Of a DNA stretch of 62,000 bases, positions 12,446-25,319 are shown one piece after another. The notes under the pieces are model-generated. The model was not told the DNA's origin. It did no database searches and was given only the letters and a program-made list of their open reading frames with translations. A program made the translations under genes and the position numbers. The stretch is from Chiloscyllium plagiosum. Taxonomy: Eukaryota. Location of the stretch: the NCBI RefSeq assembly GCF_004010195.1, contig NC_057751.1:7122133-7184132 (forward strand), written 5' to 3'. Position 1 is the first letter of the stretch, and each line of letters starts with the position of its first letter.

Positions 12446-13920
12446 CAAGAAATGTACATATAATAAGTATTTTCTGAATCTACAATCACTCTTCCAACAC
12501 AGTAAGGAAGTATCCTTTTGCACCTACGATATACTTGGTTCGAGATTGATAAAAACTGAATCCCCTTCATCTCTCTCTCTGTTCAAACCCTCCGCTGACC
12601 CCACATCAACCCCCCCCCCAACCACTGACACTATCCATCTTGTGATCATGAGGTACATATTGATGCAGAAAAAGCTCTTTTCCTCCAGGCTATTCTTTTT
12701 GCTCCCACTGGTGAGGGTGATGGGAGGAGCACTCATGAGGAAGCTCAGTGAGGTTTCAGTCCACCATCAAAGTCAAGACAGAACAACAAGGGGACTTACT
12801 CATGAAACAAGAATTGAAAATGCTGGAAATACTCAGCAGGTGAGTTGCGCATCTCGAGTTGAAGATGACTTCTTCTGAAGACCGCTCAACGCTGGCTTCA
12901 CAATTTCTTTCTGGTGCAGTGGAGTAGGGTTGGATGTCAGGTGAAACGGCATGTAGTGTCTGTAAGTGAACAGTTTCATTAAATCCGCCTGCTGAGTGCA
13001 GAAGATGTGGTTATCATGCCTCGTTGTGAAATGTACGAGCTCAGCAGTTAGCCTGCTCCTGCAGAGTGGCTGTTGCAGCAGTGAATTCAAATTCACTGTC
13101 TATCCAATGCAGACCGGACAACTCAGTGGTTCTTTGGATGTCTCGTTGTGTGAGTGGGTTAATCCATTCAACATAAAAGAGCTTAAAATCTCTCCATTTG
13201 ACAAGCTGGGAAATAGTTTAATGCACTGAATTTCCACACAGGGGTAAAACACAGCATCAGTTCCAGGCTATTTTGCTTTGTGATTTTATCAAAAAGCTTT
13301 TCGGGAATGTATACTGTACACTGCAGCTGATTCTGATGTGAAGTCTAACTTCACAGAAATGCACACGCCAGAGAGGCAGAGTCGAGGAGAGGTAGTTGGT
13401 GAAAAATAAAGCAGGTGTCTCCACTCAGTACTTTTCAGGCAATTCCTCTTTTCAGTTTTCACTGAAGGTAAAATCCAACAGCTTCTCATACTCATTAGCA
13501 GGATCCTACCTCCCCCTGTTGGCTTGAGATGATAATTGCAGCCATGTACCAGTACAATGCTTGGGCCGACCTTACTTAGCACACGGGAGTTTACCATCTC
13601 AATCATAACCTGGTAGTGCAATTTAAGATGTTTTATTGAAACACAATATGTGGTTCCTGATTCAGCAGGAATTAGGCTAGTGCATAGGCATGATAACACA
13701 GTGTGCTATTGTTGAGGGTAAAAATCATTTGCTGCAGTAAAGCCAAATTCTTTTAAGGGCTGATGACTGATCGAAATTTAGAGAATTCACACTGCTTCAA
13801 TAACACAAGATCTTCTCAGCCGTGTGGTGCTCTGTGTAATTTATTCCGTATTTGTCCAAGGGGTGCGCACATCCCTGGCAAGGCCAACATTTCTTGCCAT
13901 TGCTGACTGCCTTTGTCAAG

Positions 13921-15005
13921 GTCATACAGTATATACATACAGATGTACAGCACAGAAACAGACCCTTCGGTCCAACTTGTCCATACTGACCAGATATCTT
14001 AAACTAATCGAGTCCCGTTTGACAGCACTTGGCCCACATTCCTCTAAACCCTTCCGATTCATATATCTATCCACAGGCCCTTTAAATGTTGTAATTGTAC
14101 CAGCCTCCACCAGTTCCTCTCGCAGTTTGATTGATACACACAGAATGTGAAGAGATCCTTCAGTCCAACATCTACATGCCGGGCAATTTCCCAAACTAAA
14201 TTCGTCCTACTTGTCTGCGTTTGCCCCATATCCCTCTGAACCTTTCCTATTCATGCACCTGTTCAAAAGTCTTTTAGATGTTGTAACTGGATCTGCATCT
14301 ATCACTTCCTCTGGGAGTTCATTTGATATATGAGCCACCATCTGTGTGAATGTTTTGCCCGTCAGGTCCCTTCTAAATCTTTCTCCTCTCACCTTAAAAA
14401 TATACACCCTAGTTTTGAATTCCCCCACCCTATGAAAAAGACCTTTTGTAAGGTCACCCCTCAACTTCCTCTGCTCCAGCAAAAACACCCCAGCCTCGCC
14501 TTATAACTTAAACCTTCCAGTCTCGGCAACATCATGGTAATTTTTTCTGAACCATCTCTAATTTAATAATATCCTTCCTATACTAGGGCAACCAGAATGA
14601 GATAAAGTACTTCAAAAGTGGCCTCACCGACATCCTGTACAACCTCACCATGGCGTCCCAACTCCTATATTCACTGGTCTGAGCAATGAAGGCAAGTGTG
14701 TTGAATGCCTTCTTAACCACCCTGTCCACCTATGACATAAACTTCAATGAATTATGTACCTGAACCCCAGGTTCTCTCCGTTTAACGCCAATATTACTCA
14801 GGGCCCTACCATTAACAGTACAAGTCCTACCCCTGTTCATTTTAACAAAATGCACTATATCTTGCATTTATCCAAATTAAAGACCACCTGCCACTCCTCA
14901 GCCCTTTGGCCCAATTGACCAAGGTCCTTTTGTAATCTTAGGTAACATTTTTCATTGTAGAAAATACCATCAATTTTGGCATCATCTGCAAACTTGCTAA
15001 CCATT
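13921..15005 (-). mobile_element. Two adjacent CR1-type LINE 3' fragments (~13921-14120 and ~14140-15005)
   Basis: Peptides EELVEAGTITTFK..YMNRKGLE and FLLEQRKLRGDL..VRGERFRRDL. The FADD motif (gtttgcagatgatgcc on -) lies at ~14978-14993. Confidence 0.85.
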
Positions 15006-15562
15006 CCTCGTAAATTCTGGTTGTGGTCTCAACTCTATTCACTATTTCATTGACTAATGACACTCTGAAAGAAAATATTTCTGATCATCTCCATCTTATC
15101 CGGAACTGTAATTTGTCCCTCCGTTACTCTCAGTATGTATTTGTTGACCATCTTCTGCTATTCATCTTCAATTCACCTTTTACAAGTTTGGAGCTGTACC
15201 CATCCAGCAGGTTGTATAAATAGAAAGAAATGTGCTTTCATTCAGTCAAAACTTTTAAATCCATCAGAAAAAGAAGTGTCTCGAATTCTCATTGCCAAAA
15301 ATCACTGTTTTCAATATTTTCCACAAGCCTGTTTGGCTATATTAAAATGTGGCTGGAAGTGTTCTCTATCCCTCTAGCTCTATTTCATTCCATTCCTCCT
15401 CAGACAACTGATCAGTGACTGTAAGAATCGCTGCAAATTAATATGAAAGGAAATATTTTGTTGAGGTGATCCAGTTTGTATCCAGATACTGAAGATTGGT
15501 GATCCTTTGCCTGCACCACATCTTTTTCATGTTCATGCTTTGCACCGGTCTTTAGAATGAAA

Positions 15563-15900
15563 TTGTAGAATATCTACAGTGTGGAAGCGGGCCATTCAGC
15601 CCATCAAGTCCACAATGACCCTCTGAAGAGTGTCCCATTCAAGCCAATCACATCCCTGCAGCCCTGCATTTCCTATAGCTTATTCACCTTGCCCGCACAT
15701 CCTTGGACACTTTGGGCAATTTAGCAAGGCCAATCTACCTGAGCTCCACATCTTTGTACTGTGGGAGAAAACCAGAGCACCTGGAGAAAACCCATGCAGA
15801 CAGGGGAGAATGTGCAAACTCCATACAGACTGTTGCACGAGGTGGAATTGAACCCGGGTCCCTGGTGCAGTGAGGCAGCAGTGCTAACCACTGAGCCACC
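15563..15900 (-). mobile_element. HE1/V-SINE-type SINE, near full length
   Basis: ggtggctcagtggttagcactgctgcctca..gggacccgggttcaattcc (Pol III A and B boxes), followed by the conserved central domain. Confidence 0.85.
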
Positions 15901-16329
15901 CAGGAAATAACCAGGATTGTTAGGAGGAATAGGAGAGGAGGACACACACAAGGAAAATACTTGGTTTGCAGCTGTTCAGAGTTAGACTGTCAAAAGGTGT
16001 TGGTCTATTCCCCATACATGGGCACACGTTTGCGAGGGATGATAGACCAAGAAGTTCTCAGACAACTTGTGCATCCTCACACCTATAGGAGGATGAAAAA
16101 GTTGGAGAGAAAGAGGAATAATTCACCCAGTGACTAGAGCAAGGGAAGATAAAGGAACATGCAGTATATATGAAGGGAAGGGAGTCACCAAATGAGGAAG
16201 GGGGTCACACCTGCCTCTTCTCTGGCCTTGTGCCCTCAAAAAGACCTTGCTGTCCAAGGCTTCATTCATAACACAGGACTAAGCCTTTTCACAACTGTTG
16301 TGCAACCCCAGATGTTGCAGGTGTGTGTC

Positions 16330-16630
16330 CTGAAGTGGTGATCTCAGTGTCAGTCTGCAACATTCTGTCTGAGTCAGTTTGTGTTCTAGCTCTCCCAGAG
16401 ACTTAAGCACTCAAATGTACATGCTGTTTCTCAAGAGAAGTATTAAAACAAGACTCCAAAGGCTTTCTCCACTGATATCCATGGTACAATTTTGAAGAAG
16501 AGATGGGGAATCCTTTTCAATATCAAGGCAAATATTTCTCCCTCAGTTGAAAAATAAATTGCTTTGTCATTGTCACCGTGTCAAACGGCAGAACATACTT
16601 TGTGTGCACTAGCTACCATACTTCCTACAC
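16330..16630 (+). mobile_element. Degenerate Deu-domain SINE remnant
   Basis: gatatccatggtacaattttgaagaagagatgggga..gcaaatatttctccctca resembles the Deu domain and the better-preserved copy at 32890-33135. Confidence 0.4.
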
Positions 16631-16637
16631 CGAAGTA

Positions 16638-16830
16638 TGATGTGGAGGTGCCGATGTTGGACTGGGGTGGACAAAGTTAAAAATCACACGACACCAGGTG
16701 ATAGTCCAACAGGTTTATTTGGAGGTACAAGCTTTCAGAGCACTGGCTACGTAATGAAGGATTAATACTCCGAAAGCTTGTACTTCCAAATAACCCTCTT
16801 GGACCATAACCTGGTGGTGTGTGACTTCCA
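16638..16830. mobile_element. PLE-derived fold-back repeat, family B
   Basis: Inverted arms cacacgacaccaggtgatagtccaacaggtttatttggaggtacaagctttc / gaaagcttgtacttccaaataaccctcttggaccataacctggtggtgtgtg. Confidence 0.65.
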
Positions 16831-19404
16831 AAGTATGTCATTGAAGTGCTGACGAACATCTTCAGCACAGTGAAAGATGATTTAGGAATGCAATCTTCTT
16901 AAATACAAGCGCTTTTCTGTCTTTCAAATTTGCAGACCACATGAGTGTAAAGTGTGCCCTATGAAACCTTATGAGGGGTGCACACTCTCTCCCTTTGGCT
17001 GTGCATCCAGATGGTCTAAGCAAGGACAATGTTGAATCCAGTGGGCTTGGAGCATATAAAATGAAATAGCAAAGTGTGTTGGATATTTGCAGCTTTGTCT
17101 CTGGGCACTGATTCTTGTGATGCTTGGATTATTCTTCTGTTTTGTAAAGGACAATTAGATGTACTCACAGGAGAAGCTTGTCTCCTGATATTGCCAACAG
17201 TTTGGCTAGAAGGAGTGAAAGTATTTTGCTGACAACGCTGTGAAGTAATTATTGCAGTTTGTTCATGGCTGACTCTGATAATGGCAATCCAATCCAAGAT
17301 CCTTGGATGGTCATGTCAAACAGCACACATTAGGAAGTCTTTGCCTCAATACATGTAAAACATCCCAGTTAGCTTCATGAGTGTTCGTAAGCTGAAGTGC
17401 GTCAAGGAATATTTCCCTTTGTCTGCACATGAAGAGTAACTCAAAGCAGATGAGGTGGAGAGAGCTCCTTTCGTTGATTCTAAGGTCAGAAAAAGGAGTC
17501 CATACAGCCCCTTGGGTCAGGTCTTCTGTTCAGTCAAAGCATGGCCACTCTGTATCTTGACTCCATGTTTTTCTTCTTTATTCTTTCATGGGATGTGAGT
17601 GTCAGTGGCATGGCCAGCATGTATGGTCCCAATTGCTCTTGAACTTGAGTGACTTGCAAAGCCATTTCAGAGGATAATTAAGAGTTAACCATGGTGTTGC
17701 TCTGCAGTCACGTGTGGGCCAGACTGTGAGAAGTTGACACAGTTTCTTTCCTCAAAGGCATTATTGAACCAGGCTGATTTTTGTGATAGTCAATGATATT
17801 GTCTTGGCGCAATAATCGAGGCTCACTTCATTTCTTCTTTTTCCCTTTTTATCCAGAAGTCCTCTTAGACATAACTGCACTTCTGTTTTCCCCAGCATTA
17901 AATCACTTGTGATATTTTCGCGTCTGTTAACAACCACTGTGTTTTGATTAAATTCATTAAATTACATGCAAAATGCATGAAGTGCAATGCAGACAACCAG
18001 GGAGGGGAGGTAGAGAGACAATGACGGAGAGGTAGAGAGACAGGGAGAGGACAACACCAACCCTTAAGCATTGAGTATCAGGGGCCCTCTATTAACTCTG
18101 GAGCACGTCCAGATTCATTCATAACGGGACCGTCATTTGTGATATTGTCACCCTGCCTCAAACAAGGACTGAGTGGGACACCCAAGGTTGATGAAAGGAC
18201 GGCACTTCAGCGGGGGTGCAAGTAAAATCCTGTGGAGAAAAGACAATCAAGACACAAAAAAAGAAATCCCACTGCAGAAGTGATACGTGAGGGCTACAAC
18301 AGACCGACAATCTAACAACATCTTCTAATTCACCCTTTCAGTTTGGTAACATGCCAACTGCTGTTTCATAAGATATCCTGGATTCACAACGCCAACCATC
18401 CAGTGTTGCACTTTGGCCTGCTGCATGAAGCCTTCCTTCTGCCAAGTGTCTCACTTCATTGTGCTGCTCAGTCTTGTTTTGTCACATGCTCCTGTAACAA
18501 GGAGCAGGCTGAAAAGCTGGGTCCTCTGGGTCTGAAGTTGTATTCCTGGCCAGACTGATGGTAAAATCACCCTCCTCTCTCAGACAGTCATGATTATCGG
18601 GCTGTTCTGTCCCCTTCCCACTCTGGCAAACACCCAGTGTTGAACTCACATTATTTATTATTTCAAGGAGACAACCTCAATCCTTCTGTTGGGCCAGCAG
18701 ATTCTAAGCAGAAATCAGCTTTTAGCTCAACTACTAGCTGAAAGACCAATTTCACAGGTCACTTTGAGGCCTGAATGGTGCTACCTTAACTCACAACATG
18801 CCAAAAGGAGTTGAAACACTCCAGTCTCATTTCCTCTCCTCCGTCTTCTGAATCTCGACTGAAGCTTTTTGTTCCAAATTTGTTTGACATTCCAAGCACA
18901 TCAAAGAAAGTTAATTTTGCAAGAAGTAAAATGCTCTTTATCCCAGCATCAGTAACTGATGTGCAAACTGTGTGCATTATGAAGAAATGTGTTCTGTTTG
19001 TCAATAGTCTGTAAATAAAAGATCTATCACAAAAAGTAACTGTTTCAGAGAAGACCGTATAAACCCATTTCTATTAAATTCCTGAAGCAGGCAAATCGTG
19101 TTAATCATGCCTGCTTTAAATGGTAGGGATTGCTTTAGAAAGTAACATTTGCAGAGCTTTTTAAAAAAAGGGGAGGGGAAATAAGATGATGAGACTGCTA
19201 TGTTGGAGAATAGGGCACAATGGAGAGAATGTCTGTCTCCTGTGCTATGTAATCCTATGAGCGGCCAACTATTTAATGGAATTGGTGTTAACATGATCGG
19301 TGAACTGTCCTTTCAAAGAACTTTGGTGTACCACACTGCTAAGGTGGCAAACAGTGCCTCATGCAGAACTGAGACCTGAAGACTGGAAAAGGCTTCCTTT
19401 TAGG

Positions 19405-19750
19405 GTGCTTTTCTGGGCACTGCTGAAGTGGTTGGGCATTGATAAGGTGAAAAACAAAAGATCTTCTCCCGAGGGTGAGTGAGTTCAGAACTAGAGGCCT
19501 TATTTTTAAGGTGAGAGGAAAAAGATTTAAAAGGGGCAACTTGTCTCCTTGATTCGTTTGTGTAATGAACTTCCCAGGGAGGTTCAGGTACAGTTACAAA
19601 ATTGAAGAGACATTTAGATAGGTATATATGAACAGGCAAGGTTGAGAGGAATATGGGTCAAACGCAGGCTGGTAGGACTAGTTTAGTTTGGGAAACTTGG
19701 ACGAGTTTGACCAAAGGGTCTGTTTCCATGTTGTATGACTCTATGACTAT
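19405..19750 (+). mobile_element. CR1-type LINE 3' end
   Basis: tttaaggtgagaggaaaaagattt... ending in the tandem tail tatgactctatgactat. Confidence 0.85.
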
Positions 19751-19869
19751 ACGGAAAAGTTAGTGTCAGGTATACCAAGTCCCAGACTACTCAGGCAGTT
19801 TCTTAAAGTGGTTGAGCAAAACCAACCATGACAATCATGACTGAACAAGAAGGACCTCCAAAGGTACTA

Positions 19870-20130
19870 ATTGCCAGGTTACCCCCACTGCTTTGTGGGA
19901 GTGAGTACAGAAACAGGAAATGAAGATAGATGAATGCATGGCTGGAAAGACGGTGCATAAGGGAGAGTTTTAGATTCCTGGGGCACTGTGGCTGGTTCTC
20001 GGATATATGGGACGTACACAGACTGGATGGGTTGCATCTGAACGGAGCCAGGACTCAGTTCCTTGTCAGGCACTTTGTAAATGTTGTTGGGGAGAGTTTC
20101 AAGCAGGGGAGGGTGAACCACGAGAGGATG
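19870..20130 (+). mobile_element. CR1 ORF1 fragment (SGNH esterase-like domain)
   Basis: MNAWLERRCIRESFRFLGHCGWFSDIWDVHRLDGLHLN. NxWL..F.F..HW and DGLHL are hallmarks of the CR1 ORF1 esterase. Confidence 0.75.
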
Positions 20131-20222
20131 TCAGAAAGTAATATTCGGGCACACAAAATGCTGGGGGAGGCAGACAGCACCACAATAAAATAGAATGAGT
20201 TAACAGGTAGGAGTTGGGTAGG

Positions 20223-20461
20223 TAAAAACAATGACTGCAGATGCTTGAAACCAGATTCTGGAGTAGAGTGGTGCTGGAAAAGCACAGCAGTTCAGGCAGC
20301 ATCCGAGGAGCAGTAAAATCGATGTTTTGGGCAAAAGCCCTTCATCAGGAATGCAGGGCTTCCTGTACACCTGATGAAGGGCTTTTGCCCGAAACGTCGA
20401 TTTTACTGCTCCTCGGATGCTGCCTGAACTGCTGTGCTTTTCCAGCACCACTAATCCAGAA
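20223..20461. mobile_element. PLE terminal repeat (family A) as an inverted pair
   Basis: 83-bp arms 20267-20349 and 20370-20452 with 2 mismatches and a 20-nt spacer. The same sequence terminates the GIY-YIG-bearing element at 34615-35162. Confidence 0.85.
20367..20404 (+). ncRNA. Minimal type I hammerhead ribozyme motif (PLE-type)
   Basis: CTGATGA-A-GGGC TTTT GCCC-GAAA-C-GTC. Intact core, 4-bp helix II, palindromic ACGT in place of helix III, predicted cleavage after C20398. Helix I is weak in this copy. Confidence 0.65.
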
Positions 20462-20519
20462 GGTGGAGATGGAGTAAGGGAGAAAGTTATTATGTCCTGA
20501 CGTATGTTTAAATGATCTG

Positions 20520-21800
20520 TCTTGGTGTGCAGGGGACAATTTCATCATCTGCAGGTGACCCAAAACTTGGGTCAATTGTAATCTGCAAGATGGACGGTGT
20601 AAAACTTTAAAGGACAATGAGATATTGGTGGAGTGTAGGTGGGTAGATGAAGTTCATGACAGGGAACTGTGAGGTGATGCACTTTGATACAAAGAACGTG
20701 GAGAGACAGTACAAAATAAGGGACGCTTTTCTAAAGGATGTGCAGCAGCAGAGAACTTGAGGGTGTTTGTACATAAATCATAAAAGATGGCAGGACAGAC
20801 AAAGAGAGCTGTTAATTATGCACACAGTATCCTCGGCTTCATAAAGGATAGGCAGAGAATAGGACAGCAAGGAGGTTATGATGCTTTCCATATGATACAT
20901 TTGACCTCACCTGAACTGAGTAGTTGCAGGTGCCATGTTTTACGAAGGACATGCATGCAATGGAGAGAGTGCAGATGAGGTCTGCAGCTGTGGAGGAGAG
21001 TTAGAGTTAATGTTTCAGGTCAGGTGACCATCCTCACAACTCAGGCCTGCTGAGCTTTTCCAGCAATTTCTGTTTTTGTATCTGACTTATGGGGCATCCG
21101 CAGTTCTCTCAATCTTTGCAAGAATGGTTCCAGTGATGAGAATCTTCAGTGATGGGGCCTGGTTGGCAAGACTGGGGATGATTACCTTGGAGAGGAGAAG
21201 GCCCAGAGGAGGTTTGATAGAAGTTTGCAAAATCGTAAACCAGGGCGAATCAGAACCATAGAATTCCGACAGTGGGGAATGATTCGGCCCATCGAGCACA
21301 CACTGACTGTCCAAAGAACAGCCCACCCAGACCCACCCTATCCTTGTAACGCTGCATTTACTGTCCCAAATCCATATATCCTGCACATATCCCTACACCA
21401 CGGACAATTTAGCACGGCCAATCCGTCTAACCTGTTTGGATTGTGGGAGGAAAGCGGAGCACCTGAAGGAAACCCACACAGACATGGGGAGAATGCGCAA
21501 ACTCCAGGCAGACTGCCACCCCAGAGTGGAATTGAACCCAGGTCCCTGGCATGATGATGCTGCAGTGCTAACTACTGAGCTTCCATGCTGCTCTCCCTTC
21601 TTCCTGGATCAAGAACCAGAGGGGACAGTTGTAAAGTGTTTTGCAAAAGAAGGAAATGCGACCAGAGAAAAATCTTTTTATTACAATTCGTAACTACATT
21701 CTGGAATGCAGTACCTGCATGTGTCATGAACACAGGCTCAGTTGAGGTACTCAAGAGGGCATTGAATGATTATTTCAACACTAATAATCTGTAGGATTCG
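20520..21800 (+). mobile_element. Older CR1-type LINE remnant with nested PLE-derived repeat (~20980-21115) and SINE (~21250-21590)
   Basis: Peptides RAVNYAHSILGFIK and RLGMITLERRRPRGGLIEVCKI. The LINE resumes at ~21600 after the SINE. Confidence 0.7.
21250..21590 (-). mobile_element. HE1/V-SINE-type SINE
   Basis: gctcagtagttagcactgcagcatca..gggacctgggttcaattcc head, central domain and tail. Confidence 0.8.
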
Positions 21801-22402
21801 AGGAAAAGACAAAACATTGACATTGTTAAAATGCATCTGCAGTCTTCACTTTCTACTGTTAAATTGCGTAATGGTTCAAATGGCTTCCTTCTGCATCATT
21901 GTCATTTTGTTATTAAAAAATGGTGATCGCTTTTCTGATCTCCCAGCACAGTAGTTCTGTTTTACTGATAAACAAACAGGACTTGCAGCGTCTGTTCTTA
22001 TAATAGCGTTCCTTTATCTGTGATCTCTGGCAAGTTTTCCCAAAGCAGTTGTGCATTGATTGGACAATGTCCAAATGGTTGCTTAGTTTTTCAGAACTGC
22101 TAGCCTGTTGAGATTTAGTCTTGGCTGCTGGTGGCGGAAGGGGCTTCACGGAGTACGATTCTCAACAGAAATTCTTGCCGAACTCTGCCCAGGGTGAAGA
22201 ATGAGCTACTGCACTTGCTTGGTTCTACATAACTGGAGTATTGCTATAAAAAGGCATCTGGTTAAAGCTTCTGGTCTTGTGCTTATTTTGTAAAAAAATA
22301 CAAATGTAAGGGGAAAATAGCATTGACACTTACGAGAGTCCCGCTTGTTTGGCAATGATAGCCATGCTGTTGGACTGGGGTGAACAAAGTCAGAAGTCAC
22401 AG

Positions 22403-23542
22403 TACAGGAGACTGTTTAGCAAGGTTAGATCACACAGAATAGAGGGAAAACTAGTTATTTGGATACAGAACTGGCTCAAAGTTAGAAAACAGAGAGCGGT
22501 AGCAGAGGATAGCTTTTCAGACTCTCGGCCTGTCACCAGCAGTGTGTCATAAGGATCGGTTGCTGGGTCCACCGCTTTTCGTCATTTATATAAATGATTT
22601 GGACTTAAAAACACAGGAGGTACGATTAGTAAGTTTGCAGATGACACCAAAATTGGAAGTGTGGTGGACAGCAAAAAGAAGCTTACCTCAGAATACAACA
22701 GGACCTTCCTCAGATGGGTTGAGAAGTGGCCGATGGAGTTTAACTTAGATAAATGTGAGATGCTGTATTTCGGAAAGGCAAATCAAGGCAGGACTTGTGC
22801 ACGTAATGGTAAGGTCCTGGGGAGTGTTGGTGAACCAAGGGACCTTAGAGTGCAGGTTCATAGTTCCTTGAAAGTGGAGTTGCAGGTGGATTGGATAATG
22901 AAGAAAGCATTTGGTATGCTTGGCTTTATTAATCAGTGCACTGAGTACAGGAGTTGAGGTGTCTTGTTGCAGCTGTACTGGACATTGGTTAGGCCACTAT
23001 TGGAATACCGCAAGCAACTGTAGTCTTTCTCCCATAGGAAGGATGTTGTGAAACTAGGTAGTGTTCAGAAAATATTGACAAGGATGTTTGCCAGGGTTGG
23101 AGGGATTGACCTATACAGAGGGACTGAATAGGCTGGGGCTGTTTTCCCTCAGAGACTGAGGGGCGACCTTATAGCAGCTTATAACACAATGAGAGCATGG
23201 ATACGGTGAAGAGGCAAGGTCTTTTGCCTGGGGTGGGGGAGTCCACAACTAGAGGGCATACATTTAAGGTGAGAGGGGAAAGGTTCAAAAGAGGCCTAAG
23301 GGGTCCACACAGACAGTGGTGCATGTTTGGAATGAGCTGCCAGAGGAAGTGGTGAAGGCTGGTACAATTGCAGCATTTAAAAGGCATCTGAATGGGTATA
23401 TGAATAGGAAGCTCTGGAGGGATATGGACGAAATGCTGGTAAATGGTACTAGATTTCTTTAGGATATCTGGTTAGCTTGGACACGTTAGACCAAAGGATC
23501 TGTTTCAGTCCTGTACATCTCTAAGATTCTATGACTGTATGA
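22403..23542 (+). mobile_element. 5'-truncated CR1-type LINE inserted into a family B PLE repeat
   Basis: RT peptides (WIQNWLKVRKQR, LLGPPLFVIYINDLD, WPMEFNLDKCEMLYFG) and tail. The host repeat is split at 22402/23543. Confidence 0.9.
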
Positions 23543-23687
23543 CCAGATTATAGTTCAACAGGTTGAACTCACAAACGTTTGGACCGCTGCTCCTTTGTCA
23601 GGTGCAGGACTTCTGACTTTGTTTGGCAATGGGCTCCAATGAGGAGAGGTTTAACAAGGGGAATACATTTAGGAACATGTGCACACA

Positions 23688-24325
23688 GAAATTTTTTTCA
23701 AGCAGTCAAGTTGACATTGATCAGTCAAGGCATTGACTGGACACATATCCCAGGATATGACTGTCATCTGCTTTGCTGAGTTGAAACGGGTAAGAGGTGC
23801 ATTCATTTTTAAAAAAAAACTAAAATCTGAAACAAAAACAGAAACTGCTGACGAAACTCATTGTCAAGTGTCATGGAGGCAGTAACCTCAATTACATTGC
23901 ATAACAGATACTGGCCAACACAAGAACAGAGTTAGCTCTGGCCACAGTCTACTTTATCTTCACAACCACCCTGTTTGACTGGAGAAAGTTAGTGAATAGG
24001 AAGGAGAGCAAAGACAGCCTCAACAGGCCTGGCAGCATCTGCGGAGAAAAAAAAAGAGTTCACCTTTCAAGTCCAGTGACTATTCAGAAGAAGGGTCACT
24101 GGACTCAAAATGTTACTACTTCTTTCCCTCTACAGAAGATGCCAGACCTACTGAGTTTCTCCAGCAGTTTTTGTTTTTGTTTCAGATTTTTGTTTTTTTA
24201 TTTAAATGAATGCACCTCTTACCCGTTTCAACTCAGCAAAGCAGATGACAGTCATATCCTGGGATATGTGTCCAGTCAATGCCTTGACTGATCAATGTCA
24301 ACTTGACTGCTTGAAAAAAAATTTC
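23688..24325. repeat. Inverted duplication, arms 23688-23860 and 24152-24325, enclosing a family C PLE-like fold-back (~24018-24155)
   Basis: The outer ~120 bp are essentially exact reverse complements (caagcagtcaagttgacattgatcagtcaaggcattgactggacacatatcccagg...). Confidence 0.92.
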
Positions 24326-24954
24326 GAAGCCAGGAAATTAACTGCCAGTCAACATCTGATGTAATGACATTTTAAGCAAAGTGGAAGGAATTGCCCTGAC
24401 AAATTTTGGGGATCCAACACTCTGTGCGTTCAGGGGAGATTGCACCCAACCGTGAGGGAAGACTATCTTTGCTCCCCTTCCTGTTCCCCACCTTTCTCCA
24501 CGCAAACATGGTGGTTGCAAAGTTAAGGTAGACTGTGGCCAGAGCTGACTCTGTGCTCCTGTTGCCCTGTATCTGTAATGCAATTTAATTGGGGTTGCTG
24601 CCGCAGTGGTATTTGACAAATCAGTTGTTATACCAACCTTGCAAGTTCAAGCAAGGATGGACGTCTGAGCAGGTTGGGAGTCAAAATTGCTTGACTCAGT
24701 TAGTGAACTTTTGCTGGTGAATTAGGAGGTGGATGGGGGCTTCAGCCCTACTTCAGGACTGAGATCAGACACCTCCAAGTTGCGGTACTGCTTGGCACGA
24801 TCTGTTGCAAAAAGTGTCCATTTGCTGTCTCTCCATTACTCAGGACAGGTGAATGGATCACTTGCTACATTAAACCACCTGTCGTTTGTTCACATGAAAG
24901 CAGTGTGGGATAAGCTTGGCGACTTATTGGTTATTGTCTTAATTCAAAAACTGC

Positions 24955-25110
24955 AAGTACTGCAGATGCAGTACATCAAAAACAAAAGCAGAAATGGTTG
25001 GAAAATCTCAGTGGTCTGGCAGCATCTGTGAAGTCGGTCCAGTGACCCTTCCTCAGAACGGAGGAACAGATGCCACTAGACCTGCTGAGATTTTCCAGCA
25101 ATTTCTGTTA
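24955..25110. mobile_element. PLE-like fold-back repeat, family C
   Basis: agaaatggttggaaaatctcagtggtctggcagcatctg / cagatgccactagacctgctgagattttccagcaatttct. Relatives at ~2030-2100, ~12800-12880, ~20980-21115 and ~54325-54525. Confidence 0.55.
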
Positions 25111-25319
25111 TTGTCTTCATTTGTCAGCAGAGACATCAAACCCACGACGATGGGGCTGCAAACAAATGACTTTGTTGATCTGTGCTTTTTCACGATCGAG
25201 GGCGTGAAACGAAAGCCTCGAGTTAAAGCAGTCAAATTTTGCTTGGTTCCCAAGTTATAGCATTGATTTAAATGCCAGTCTAACGAGTCAATATGTTTGA
25301 GCTATACCTCATTAAAAAT

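Noticed and set aside
15845..15900. tRNA-like A and B boxes
   Set aside because: This is the head of a SINE, not a tRNA gene; it continues into the SINE body and has no complete cloverleaf.
21913..22260. Minus-strand Cys/basic ORF as a possible neighbouring gene (FGFBP, NSG or STC-like)
   Set aside because: No family motif in any frame, in-frame stops upstream, and no clear exon boundaries.
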